Source: an uncultured Actinomycetes bacterium
GTDB lineage: Bacteria; Actinomycetota; Actinomycetes; S36-B12; CAIYMF01
NCBI GenBank assembly: GCA_963753075.1
Contig: CAVWAR010000003.1
Coordinates: forward strand, 8,299-72,298
Length of the DNA stretch: 64,000 nt
Direction of reading: 5' to 3'
This document shows, one piece after another, positions 1 to 8,848 of the stretch (position 1 is the stretch's first letter; each line of letters opens with the position of its first letter). The notes beneath the pieces are model-generated. The model was not told the DNA's origin. It did not search any database and saw nothing but the letters and a program-made list of their open reading frames with translations. A program made the position numbers and the translations under genes.

Positions 1-186
1 ACCAGCGGCGAGCTCACCACGGCGGCCTACGTTGCGAACTGCAAGGTTCTGGAGAAGGACTTCGCGATGGCCAACCCGAGCGGGCGTCCTTACCCCTATG
101 CGTTCTACGGCGACCCTGACCTGACAGCCAAGAACAGGGCCGGATGCGTGGCATTGCTGAGGATGTTCCACACATCGATTGTGTGA
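1..186 (+). CDS. hypothetical protein, C-terminal fragment (gene enters from left edge)
   Basis: Frame +1 is open from base 1 to TGA at 184-186 (...AAYVANCKVLEKDFAMANPSGRPYPYAFYGDPDL...). No family recognised by eye. Confidence 0.3.
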   Translation, partial: TSGELTTAAYVANCKVLEKDFAMANPSGRPYPYAFYGDPDLTAKNRAGCVALLRMFHTSIV

Positions 187-264
187 CCTTCTTGGTCGTG
201 TGGGGCCAGCTCGGGTTGACACACTCGACACCGCCGAGCGAGGAAGACTTCGACAGTCGCGGGC

Positions 265-279
265 GCGTCATTGCGCCGC
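265..279 (+). repeat. short GC-rich motif family member
   Basis: GCGTCATTGCGCCGC, identical to 22042-22056. Followed by CTGCTGGGCGCC, which can pair with GCGCC. Confidence 0.6.
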
Positions 280-387
280 CTGCTGGGCGCCCTCGATCAC
301 GACGAGTTCGCGGGCAGGGACATCGCGGGATATCCCAGAGGCCCCGATCACCGGTAGCGTCACGTTCCCGACTTCAATGGAGGAGAC

Positions 388-759
388 ATGGAACTCGGAG
401 CGTTCTCGGTGTCGCTGACAGTCAAGGACATCCACGCGTCGCGCGCCTTCTACGAGAAGCTCGGCTTCACGTCGACCGGCGGCAACATGGATGAGAACTG
501 GGTCATCCTCACCAACGGATCCACGGTGATCGGCCTGTTCCAGGGGATGTTCGAAGGCAACATCCTCACGTTCAATCCCGGGTGGGACCAGGCGGCCCAG
601 GAGGTCGATCCGTTCACCGACGTGCGCCAGATCCAGCAGCAGCTCAGGGCCGCCGGTATCGCGTTCACGGTCGAGGCGGACGAGGCCACCACCGGCCCGG
701 CCCACATCGTGCTGACCGACCCCGATGGCAACACCATCATGGTCGACCAGCACCGCTGA
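388..759 (+). CDS. VOC (glyoxalase/bleomycin-resistance/dioxygenase) family protein
   Basis: 123-aa ORF. FSVSLTVKDIHASRAFYEKLGF...HIVLTDPDGNTIMVDQH fits the VOC fold pattern. GGAGGAG Shine-Dalgarno lies a few nt upstream of ATG 388. Confidence 0.85.
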   Translation: MELGAFSVSLTVKDIHASRAFYEKLGFTSTGGNMDENWVILTNGSTVIGLFQGMFEGNILTFNPGWDQAAQEVDPFTDVRQIQQQLRAAGIAFTVEADEATTGPAHIVLTDPDGNTIMVDQHR

Positions 760-944
760 CGCGGTCCATCGGCCACCGAGTGCGGCGAGACTCCTGACCG
801 AAGCTCACGCGTTGCGGGTTCCGCCGGCCGGGCCGCGCTCCTCACGCTCCAGGTGCCCCCTATCGCCGCCTGTGGACGCACCGTGGGCCTTGCGTCACAG
901 CGCTCACGAAGACGCGGCATCAAACTTGGGGCGCTCAAGTCCGC

Positions 945-1772
945 CTAGCTGTTCGCCACCGCGAAGGTGACGTCGTCGGCCTGCGGGTCGAGCCCAGCCA
1001 GCACCCCTCGGTGCAGGGACACGTCGGCGAATCCCGCCTCGGCGAGCATCGAGTGGATCGTGTCCTCGGTGAAGCAGTGCTCCCAGACGTCGAAGCGGAG
1101 CACCTCCCTTTCGGTCAGCAGCGTGTACCGGATCCGCTGTGCCAGCACCTGCGGCTCGGCCGTTGTCTCGCTGAGCACCAGGTGGGGACCGGGGGCCCAG
1201 AACCCGCTGGTTGCCGACGCTTCCCAGCCGCGGCCTGGCCGATGCCGGTCGGCCACGGCCGAGTGCAGGTAGTCGAGCACCAGCTGGCCACCGGGCCGCA
1301 ACCGCCTTCGGACCTCGCGGAGCAGCGCGCGCTGCACCTGAGGTAGGTGCGTGCCAAAGTCCAAGTAGATGAGCATGGCCAGGTCGAACGGGCCCGTGGG
1401 CAGGTCGCGCGTGTAGTCGGCCTCGACGTACTGGAGACGACCCCGGACGTGTTGCCGTGCGTACTCGATGGACGCCTGGTTGAAGTCCACGCCGGTCACG
1501 TCGAAGCCGTCGTCGGCCAACTGCTGGGCGTAACGGCCCGGGCCGCACCCCAGGTCCAGCACGGACGCGCCGGGCGCAAGTCCTGCGGTCAGCAGGTCGA
1601 TCGTGCGTCGCACGGCCTCCGGGCTGCGGGTCGCTGCTGTGGTGGAGTCGTCGAGGTGCACGGCCAGGAGTTGCCGCTGGATGTGCGGATCCCGCCAGAT
1701 CGAGCCCCCGCTGTGCTCACCCGAGCCGGACGATAGGTCGGCGAGCAGGTGCGGATCGAGGGAAATGGCCAT
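945..1772 (-). CDS. class I SAM-dependent methyltransferase
   Basis: 275-aa ORF with SAM-binding motif VLDLGCGPGRYAQQLADDGFDVTGVDFN and downstream motifs (LAMLIYLDF, PGGQLVLD). Confidence 0.85.
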   Translation of the reverse strand: MAISLDPHLLADLSSGSGEHSGGSIWRDPHIQRQLLAVHLDDSTTAATRSPEAVRRTIDLLTAGLAPGASVLDLGCGPGRYAQQLADDGFDVTGVDFNQASIEYARQHVRGRLQYVEADYTRDLPTGPFDLAMLIYLDFGTHLPQVQRALLREVRRRLRPGGQLVLDYLHSAVADRHRPGRGWEASATSGFWAPGPHLVLSETTAEPQVLAQRIRYTLLTEREVLRFDVWEHCFTEDTIHSMLAEAGFADVSLHRGVLAGLDPQADDVTFAVANS

Positions 1773-1897
1773 CCGGCCACGGTACGCCGGGGTCCAATCG
1801 GCTCAGCGGGTGACGACGCCCTCGCGCCGTCGGCTCCGCGGACCACCACTCCGGCGGCGGCCGTGCGCCACCCACGCCACCGCGGGGGTCCCCGGAC

Positions 1898-2143
1898 GTG
1901 TGGGAGAGTCGTGCCGTGGTCGCGGCTGCGTGGTTCGAGAGGATCGGACCCGGCGACGCCCAGCAGCTGGCCACCGACGTTGGCCCCGTCCCGGCCAACG
2001 TGGGCGCCGTGCTGCTCCTCGACGACGTCGACCCCGCCACGCTGGCGGCCACGCTCGCGGGGCGAGTGGTCGGGGTCCTCCGGATGCGGCAGCGCCTGCG
2101 GCGGGCTCCGCTGGGGGGGCGGGTCCCCGGATGTGATCCGTAG
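1898..2143 (+). pseudogene. possible N-terminal remnant of a wax-ester synthase/DGAT-like acyltransferase
   Basis: 81-aa ORF ...ERIGPGDAQQLATDVGPVPANVGAVLLLDDVDPATLAATLAGRV..LRMRQRL resembles only the first ~80 aa of WS/DGAT-type proteins. The rest of the family is absent before the next gene. Confidence 0.3.
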
Positions 2144-2259
2144 CGGCACAGACTCGTTGTTGCGGGCAGCCACGCCCACCCGGTCGCCGGCAAGGAGACC
2201 GCCCGACCCCAGAGGGCGCCCGCTACGCGGCGATGTGACCACCTTGGCCATATCGCGGG

Positions 2260-2523
2260 TCAGCGATGCCTGTAGATGTCTCGCCGATGGCCGACCGCCA
2301 CGACGAGGACCAGGAGTACTTCGTCGTGGATTTCGTAGACGATGCGGAAGTCGCCGGTGCGGACCCGCCACTCGCCGTCGCCGCCGACGAGCTTCTTGGC
2401 GCCGCTGGGGCGTGGCTGTTCGGCGAGGAGCTCGATCGCTGCCTGTATCCGGCGCCTCGCCGCAGGGTCGAGCTTGCGGAACTGCCGCAACGCGGCGGGG
2501 GCTACTTCGACGCGGTGGCTCAT
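2260..2523 (-). CDS. type II toxin, RelE/ParE family
   Basis: 87-aa ORF with core ...GDGEWRVRTGDFRIVYEIHDEVLLVLVVAVGHRRDIY. Its start overlaps the stop of the upstream antitoxin gene by 4 nt. Confidence 0.85.
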   Translation of the reverse strand: MSHRVEVAPAALRQFRKLDPAARRRIQAAIELLAEQPRPSGAKKLVGGDGEWRVRTGDFRIVYEIHDEVLLVLVVAVGHRRDIYRHR

Positions 2524-2783
2524 GTCAGGCCGAGGTCGGCCTTGACATCCTCCCAGGGGATCGCGGGCTGCCCACCGCCGATCTCTTCGCGGGCCGCTCG
2601 CGCGGCTTCGATGTCAGCGAGGTCCTCCGCCGCGGCGATGAGCAGGCCCAGGTCCTCGGCATCGATGACCGCCGCGACCCGCTGCCCACGCCGGGTCAAG
2701 TAGACCGGGTCATGCTGTACGCGAGCGGCGTCCACGACCTCGGCCAAGCGGGCGCGCGCATCGCTGACGGTGATCTCACTCAT
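2520..2783 (-). CDS. type II antitoxin, Phd/YefM family
   Basis: 87 aa from ATG at 2783-2781. MSEITVSDARARLAEVVDAARVQHDPVYLTRRGQRVAAVI is the Phd/YefM N-terminal domain. ORF-track entry 2520..3407 is an upstream over-extension. Confidence 0.85.
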   Translation of the reverse strand: MSEITVSDARARLAEVVDAARVQHDPVYLTRRGQRVAAVIDAEDLGLLIAAAEDLADIEAARAAREEIGGGQPAIPWEDVKADLGLT

Positions 2784-2933
2784 GCAGCAAGAGTACCAGC
2801 GTGAGCGCGCTTTTGTACAATACAGCGCAAACCCGTCGGTGACGGCGAGACGCAATCTGCGCGTCCACAGGCGGCGCAATGACGCAGTGGCCTCCGCGAT
2901 TGGTGGGACAAGCATCGGTGGCAGGCTCCTGGC

Positions 2934-3612
2934 ATGACACGTGACGAGGCCAGGGACGAGAGCCCGGGTCGGATGGGTGGTACGCCCGAGCGGCCAGCAC
3001 GCTTCTTCGACACCCCTGAGGAGTTCTGTGCCTGGCTGGCGCTGCACCACGACACCGCGACCGAGTTGTGGATGGGCCTGAAGAAGATGCACGTCGCCGA
3101 TCGCGGCCTGACATGGGAGCAGGCGGTGCCCGAGGCGCTGTGTTGGGGGTGGATCGACTCGGTCGTCCAGCGCATCGACGACGGCATCCGGCGGCAGCGC
3201 TGGACCCCTCGCAAGAAGGCCTCCCACTGGAGCAAGATCAACCTCGACCTCGTCGAGAAGCTGCGCGTGGAGGGGCGGATGCAGCCCAGCGGGTTGGCGA
3301 TCTGGGAGCAGCGTCGTCGCGAGGAGGCGGGCTACAGCCAGAAGGGCCCGGAGGTCGGGCTCCCCGACTCCTACGCCACCCGATTTGGCTGCCTCTCCCG
3401 CGGCCACGGCCTTCTGGGGGACATCGACCGGGACCTACCGCAAGTTCTGCACGGTCTGGGTGATCTCGGCCAAGCAGGAGTCCACCCGCGACCGCCGGAT
3501 GACCCAACTGATCGAGAGCTGCGCCGCCGGCGTTCTCGTGCCGAACCAGCGCTACGGCGACGTGCCGAGTTGGGTGCAGCGGGCCGCGGCGGCCGCCGCA
3601 GCAGCGCGGTGA
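2934..3612 (+). pseudogene. YdeI/OmpD-associated family protein, frameshifted
   Basis: N-terminal two thirds are in frame of 2934 (...FFDTPEEFCAWLALHHDTATELWMGLKK...). The family-typical C-terminus AATAFWGTSTGTYRKFCTVWVISAKQESTRDRRMTQLIESCAAG is in the frame of ORF 3385..3612. The switch sits at the T-run 3384-3386 (one extra T). Confidence 0.7.
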
Positions 3613-4296
3613 GCGTTGAGACGCACGGCGGGGGTCGCGGCGTTGACCCGTAGCAGGTGAGGCTCGAGCCCACCGGTGACCCGCAGCACGGTCACGGACC
3701 CATCCCAATCTCGGCTGAACCCGCGCGCCCGACTGGCGGCCGGAATGGGGCACCCTCAGACTGGGCCCGTTGGGGCGCTCAATGCCGCTCACTGGGTGGG
3801 GATTCTGAGGGTCGCACGAATTCCCGTTCACTGGGGTTGGGTTCGTCTCCCTCGGCGAGGATGGGGCGGCGATCCCGCCCAGCGCAGTCATCTCCAACTA
3901 CACCATCCTGCTGCCCGACTGAGTGAGATTGCGACGGCACATCACGCGGCTCCGCGAGCGGCGCCAGTTTGGCCCCACCCGTCGATCCCAGGGAGCAGCG
4001 TCCGGTTCGCCGCGGACAGTTGGGCGAGCGCGCTGCATCTCACCAGCCGGCGAGCAGCTACCACGCGGACATCTCTCCCACGGTGCTGGAACGTCACGGC
4101 CACATCCTCGGCCGTAGCGCCGGCGGGCGTGGCGTCGCTTCACGACAGGTGACCCGTGGGTTGGTGCTCGTCCCAATCATCGCTCGCCAAACGTATCGGT
4201 GGGTCACGGGATCGTTCGACCCTCCGGAAGCAGACCAGGCCACGGAGGAGATGAGCCATCCTCGGTGGGGCGGGCAAGGGCCGGGTCGGCCGTGCG

Positions 4297-5775
4297 CTAC
4301 CGACCGCGATCGTCGTTGCCGACCGTCCGACCGAATCCGTCCAGGTTCTCGGCGCGGTCCTTGATCTTGGGGCTGTCCTGGGTCCACACCGTGGCCGGTC
4401 CCGGCTGGCCCGACTTGGTCGCCTGACGGACGGTCACCGCCCCTGCTCCGCCCGGAATCGACTTGTCGTACTTGTTGCCGAACACGAGCCAGAGATGGTC
4501 GTTGCCGCTGAGCGGGAGGATGTTCAGTGACTTGGCCGACTGCTTGGACCACTTGACGAGGTCGCCGAGCCCATTGCGCGTGCCCACCACGAGCGCGAAC
4601 TTCGCGACCTGGTTGGACAGGTGGCCCGCCAGGGCCAGATCGACGTGCCCGTCTCCGGTGACATCCCCCGCTGCGGCCCTGACGTACCCGGGCCACAGCG
4701 CATCCGAGCCGGGCTTGCCGGCAGCGCCCAGCACGTGGGGGCGGAACCCGTTGGCGTGCCCGTGCAGCAGCGCGACCGCGCGGTCGGGGTAGTCGGTCCC
4801 GATCGCCAAGTCGGCTCGGACGTCGGAATTGACGTCACTGAGCCACAGCGACTCGATGGTTGTCCTCTTGCCGGTGAGCCCCAAGGAGGGCAGGCGGATG
4901 AGTTGGCTGTCGGCTGCGGTCAGCCCGCGCTTGCTGCCCCGCAGCACGTGGATGGCGCTGTTCCAGGGTCCCGAGGAGTTCTTGTACTCCACAGAGATGG
5001 CCAGGTCGTCGCGCCCGTCGCCGTTCACATCCCCGGCGGCGAGGTTCTTCCCGAAACGTTCGAAGCTGCGTGGCCTGCTGGCGATCCCGGGGGAGGCCTC
5101 GCTCCATGACTGCACACCGGAGGCCGTCAGGCCGGAGGCCGAACCACGCAAGACTACAACCCGGCCGGTCCAGAACCCCTTCGCGGTGGTCTCATGGTCG
5201 ACACCGATCCCTAGGTCAGCGTAGCCATCCCCGTCAAAATCGCCCACCGCCAGCGCGTTGCCGAACCAGTCGTCACCCTCGTTCGTGCCGGGGATCCCTT
5301 TCGTGCCCTGGTGCCAGACCTGGTCACCGGCCGCGGTCAGGCCGGTGGGGCTGCCGAAGAGCACCTGCACCTTGCCCGCGTTCGTCTTCCCCACGCCCTC
5401 CTCAGGGACCCCAATCGCAAGATCGGCGTACCCGTCGCGGTTGAAGTCACCGGAGTCCAGCACCTGACCGAACCGGTCGGCCTTCTCGACCTTGCCCTTC
5501 ACACCTGTGCTGCCCTCGTACCAGAACTGATCGTGATCGGTGGCCCCCTCGGCCGACCCGTACAACACCTGCACCGCCCCAGCCTCGAACGCGGCCTTGA
5601 AGGCCTCCCCCGGAACGCCAACCGCCATGTCCGCGTAGCCGTCCCCGTCGAAGTCGTACGGCATCGCCGCATCCGTGGCCGCAGCAGCGACATCAACTCC
5701 CACCGGTGTCACCGCCGGTGTGACCGCACCACCAACGACAACCAGACCCAAACCCACCAACAGCGCGCACTTCAT
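4297..5775 (-). CDS. secreted FG-GAP (integrin-alpha-like) repeat protein
   Basis: Signal-peptide-like MKCALLVGLGLVVVGGAVTPA, then repeated Ca-binding DxDxDG-type motifs (FDGDGYADMAVG, FNRDGYADLAIG, FDGDGYADLGIG, VNGDGRDDLAIS, VTGDGHVDLALA). Start placed at ATG 5775; the ORF track allows 5817. Confidence 0.8.
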   Translation of the reverse strand: MKCALLVGLGLVVVGGAVTPAVTPVGVDVAAAATDAAMPYDFDGDGYADMAVGVPGEAFKAAFEAGAVQVLYGSAEGATDHDQFWYEGSTGVKGKVEKADRFGQVLDSGDFNRDGYADLAIGVPEEGVGKTNAGKVQVLFGSPTGLTAAGDQVWHQGTKGIPGTNEGDDWFGNALAVGDFDGDGYADLGIGVDHETTAKGFWTGRVVVLRGSASGLTASGVQSWSEASPGIASRPRSFERFGKNLAAGDVNGDGRDDLAISVEYKNSSGPWNSAIHVLRGSKRGLTAADSQLIRLPSLGLTGKRTTIESLWLSDVNSDVRADLAIGTDYPDRAVALLHGHANGFRPHVLGAAGKPGSDALWPGYVRAAAGDVTGDGHVDLALAGHLSNQVAKFALVVGTRNGLGDLVKWSKQSAKSLNILPLSGNDHLWLVFGNKYDKSIPGGAGAVTVRQATKSGQPGPATVWTQDSPKIKDRAENLDGFGRTVGNDDRGR

Positions 5776-6036
5776 GACCCGCCACCCCGTCCCATATCCA
5801 GTTGACTCCGTCACCACGGTAGACCGGGCGAGCTGGGGCCCGGAAGGGCCGAACGACCTGCCTCCCGGTTGAGGCGACGCACCCGATCAGGCGAGGATGA
5901 GGCTGCGCCCCGTAGGTCGCGGGGCGGCGCGAGTTCCCGGCGGTCCAGACTCGCCGGAACGAATCCAGCGGTGGTAGCTGTGGTAACCGACCCGGGAAGA
6001 CCTCACAGCCAGGGTTGTGTGCACCCGTGTGTGCGG

Positions 6037-8193
6037 TCACCAAATCCGGGTCAGGAACACGTCGTACTCGCCATTGGTGTCGTTGTCGACCAGGTCCGAC
6101 GCGTCCGAAGAGTAGGTGATCCACTGGCCGTCCGCGCTGATCGCCGAGGAGTACCACTCGCCGGTTGCCTGCGAGCCGTCGCTGCGGACCGAGACTCGCC
6201 GGGTGAGCCCGGTGTTCCAGTCGTAGAGGAAGAGGTCGTAATGGTGGTTGGTGTCGTTCTCGACCAGGTTCGTGGCTGACGACCAGTAGGTTGTCCAGCG
6301 GCCGTCGGCGCTGATCGCTTGGACGTAGGAGCCGCCTGGGGCCGCCAAATCGGGAATGGGGCCAATCGCCTGGCCGCCATCGCTGCGGACCGAGATCCGC
6401 CGGGTGAGCCCGGCTTGCCGGTCGTAGAGGAAGACGTCGGACAACCCATTGGTGTCGTCGTCGACCAGGTTCGCCGCCTCCGAGCCGTAGGTGATCCAGC
6501 GACCGTCGGCGCTGATCGTCGTACCGCCCGTGTAGCCGGTGGCCTGGTCGCCATCGCTGCTCACCGAGACCCTCCGGGTGAGCCCGGTGTCCCGGTCGAA
6601 CAGGAACACGTCGTACGTGTTGTTGGTGTCGTTGGCGACCAGGTCCGCCGCTTGGGACGTGTAGGTGATCCAGCGACCGTCGGCGCTGATCGCCGGCCCA
6701 CCGGATCTTCCTGTCGCTTGGACGCCGTCGCTGCGGACCGAGACCCGCCGGGTGAGCCCGGTGTCCCGGTCGTAGAGGAACACGTCCGGAACGCCGTTGG
6801 TGTCGTCGTCGACGAGGTTCGTCGCGTACGAGGTGTAGGTGATCCAGCGACCGTCGGCGCTGATCGCCGGCCCACTAGAGGTGCCTCCGGTGGCTTGGTC
6901 TCCGTCGCTGCGGACCGAGACCCGCCGGGTGAGCCCGGTGTCCCGGTCGTTGAGGAACACGTCCGGAACGCCGTTGGTGTCGTCGTCAACGAGGTTCGTC
7001 GCGTACGAGGTGTAGGTGATCCAGCGACCGTCGGCGCTGATCGCCGGCCCACTAGAGGTGCCTCCGGTGGCTTGGTCTCCGTCGCTGCGGACCGAGACCC
7101 GCCGGGTGAGCCCAGTGTTCCGGTCGTAGAGGAACACGTCGGGAACGCCGTTGGTGTCGTCGTCGACCAGGTTGGATTCGGCCGAGATGTAGGCGATCCA
7201 CCGGCCGTCGGCGCTGATCGCAGGGCTGGAGGAGTGGCCGGTGGCTTGGCTGCCGTCGCTGAGGACAGATACCCGGGTGAGGTCCATGACTGAGGGTCCG
7301 AGCGTGCGGGTGGTCAGCGCGGCGCCGGGGCTGGTGTTGCCGGTGGCGTCGCGGGTGAACACCGCGTACGTGAGCGGAGTGTCGACCGGCAGGCCGGCAT
7401 CGGTGGCCGAGGCCGCCGTCGCCGAGGTCAGGGCTACCGTGGCACCGTCAGTCGGGGTCTCCGGGACGGTTGTGCCGGTCGCGCGGCGCACGATCACCGT
7501 GGCCAGGTCCGCGTCTGCCGGGTTCGTCCACACCAGGTTGATGCTCGTCGCGGTCGGGTCCACCACGGCCAGACCGGTCACCACACCCGGTGCCGTCGTA
7601 TCCGGCAGGATCGGTGGGGGTGGCGTTGTGGGCGGAGGTGTCGACGGGGGCGGCGTCGGCGGCGCAGGTGGCGGGATGGGGGTTGTTGGGGTGGTGGGGG
7701 TGAATCGGTAGGCCTTGGTGGTCACCTTCCGGTACCCGGGGCGGGCGTACACCTTCACCCGGTACTTGCCCTTCTTCACCTTGAGCTTGCGGATCTCGGA
7801 CTTCCCCCGGGTCCGGTAGATCCCGACCTTGCGCCACTTGCCCCTGGACTTGCGCTGCAGCTTGAACTTCCAGTTCTTCTTCCCCCGCAGGTCCGGATCG
7901 ATGTTCACCACCAGCCTCTTCTTGCTGGCGAACGCCACCCGCGGCCGCTTCTTCTTCTTGGCCATCGGCACCACCACCGTAGGTGGGCCCGCCGGTGCCG
8001 CGGCCACGAACTGAGGCACCGATCCCGGCACCCCGGGACTGGTCCCGACCACCGGTGGGGCGCTGACCAAGCCCGCGACCATCACCCCGGCAAGCACCGC
8101 CCCGAACCCAGACCGCCGGCCACGCCGCCCGCGGCGGCCACCCGCGCCGTGCGGGTGATTCCCAGGATCCGCTGCACGTGATTGGCCCGACAT
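6037..8193 (-). CDS. surface protein: basic N-terminal domain, Pro-rich linker, FN3 domain, seven PD40/TolB-like beta-propeller blades
   Basis: Start at ATG 8193-8191 (MSGQSRAAD..., TM/signal GFGAVLAGVMVAGLVSAPP). Lys/Arg-rich segment KKKKRPRVAF...KVKKGKYRVKVYARPGYRK. FN3-like LAVVDPTATSINLVWTNPADADLATVIVRR. Seven units of ISADGRWITY..NLV.DDTNG..DVFLYDR.TGLTRRVSV. Confidence 0.75.
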   Translation of the reverse strand: MSGQSRAADPGNHPHGAGGRRGRRGRRSGFGAVLAGVMVAGLVSAPPVVGTSPGVPGSVPQFVAAAPAGPPTVVVPMAKKKKRPRVAFASKKRLVVNIDPDLRGKKNWKFKLQRKSRGKWRKVGIYRTRGKSEIRKLKVKKGKYRVKVYARPGYRKVTTKAYRFTPTTPTTPIPPPAPPTPPPSTPPPTTPPPPILPDTTAPGVVTGLAVVDPTATSINLVWTNPADADLATVIVRRATGTTVPETPTDGATVALTSATAASATDAGLPVDTPLTYAVFTRDATGNTSPGAALTTRTLGPSVMDLTRVSVLSDGSQATGHSSSPAISADGRWIAYISAESNLVDDDTNGVPDVFLYDRNTGLTRRVSVRSDGDQATGGTSSGPAISADGRWITYTSYATNLVDDDTNGVPDVFLNDRDTGLTRRVSVRSDGDQATGGTSSGPAISADGRWITYTSYATNLVDDDTNGVPDVFLYDRDTGLTRRVSVRSDGVQATGRSGGPAISADGRWITYTSQAADLVANDTNNTYDVFLFDRDTGLTRRVSVSSDGDQATGYTGGTTISADGRWITYGSEAANLVDDDTNGLSDVFLYDRQAGLTRRISVRSDGGQAIGPIPDLAAPGGSYVQAISADGRWTTYWSSATNLVENDTNHHYDLFLYDWNTGLTRRVSVRSDGSQATGEWYSSAISADGQWITYSSDASDLVDNDTNGEYDVFLTRIW
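6781..7134. repeat. 177-bp tandem duplication inside the PD40 gene (blades 2 and 3)
   Basis: 6781-6957 and 6958-7134 differ at about 4 positions by my alignment; the other blades are much more diverged. Confidence 0.85.
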
Positions 8194-8481
8194 GGCTCCT
8201 CCTCCGGTGACCGAGGAACCGTGGACCCAATACCCGACCCTCCCCGGCCGGCATTTCCAAGCTACGCCCCCCAACACCACCATCGCCCAACCACCAACCA
8301 CAGACTGTCCCGGAGACGGTGTGACTGGCCCACCACGCTCCGTGGGAGCACTGCGGGGAAGGTCGTGATGAAGACCGTGATCGCAACTGCACTGGAAGAG
8401 GAGCCAATGCGGGCTCTGCGTGTCCAGAACCAAAGGCCCAGGCCCAACTTGTGGTCGTAGATGGACCCTGTCGAATCCAGC
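7700..8481 (-). repeat. left arm of inverted duplication (5' part of PD40 gene plus ~290-bp upstream leader)
   Basis: Reverse complement aligns nearly base for base with 19497-20300 (for example GCTGGATTCGRCAGGGTCCATCTACGACC...GGAGGAGGAGCCATGTCGGGCCAATCACGTGCAGCGGATCC). Outer limit near 7700 is approximate. Confidence 0.8.
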
Positions 8482-8848
8482 ACTGGGAGCGGCACCGACC
8501 CAGCGCCCCTCCCGTCTGACTGCGTCATTGTGGGCGGTATGCCGCACCCGCCCGGCGTCTCCGCGCGGCTGACCCAGGCACGGGCCTTGGCTCCACTGCG
8601 ACGCTGGGTGCGCAAGCGACTCTCAACTTGGATCCGCGCTGTGGACTCGCAGCTAGGAAGCGTCACGCTCGCACCTGATCACCGCACAGATGACAATCGT
8701 TCATCGCGTCCAATGCGTCCAACGCATGTTCGCCGGTGGGGTCGCAGAGCCGGGAATAGCGCGCAAGGAGCCTCCAGGGCCGAAGTTAGGCACCCTGTAG
8801 GCACCTGCAGGCAGGTTTCAGGGCAGGTCAGGGCCACCTAACCAGTCT

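Noticed and set aside
8194-8547. 118-codon N-terminal extension of the PD40 gene (ORF 6037..8547), and the analogous 19581..19793
   Set aside because: The translation is not protein-like. MSGQSR..., followed by a TM segment, is the shared sensible start of both paralogs.
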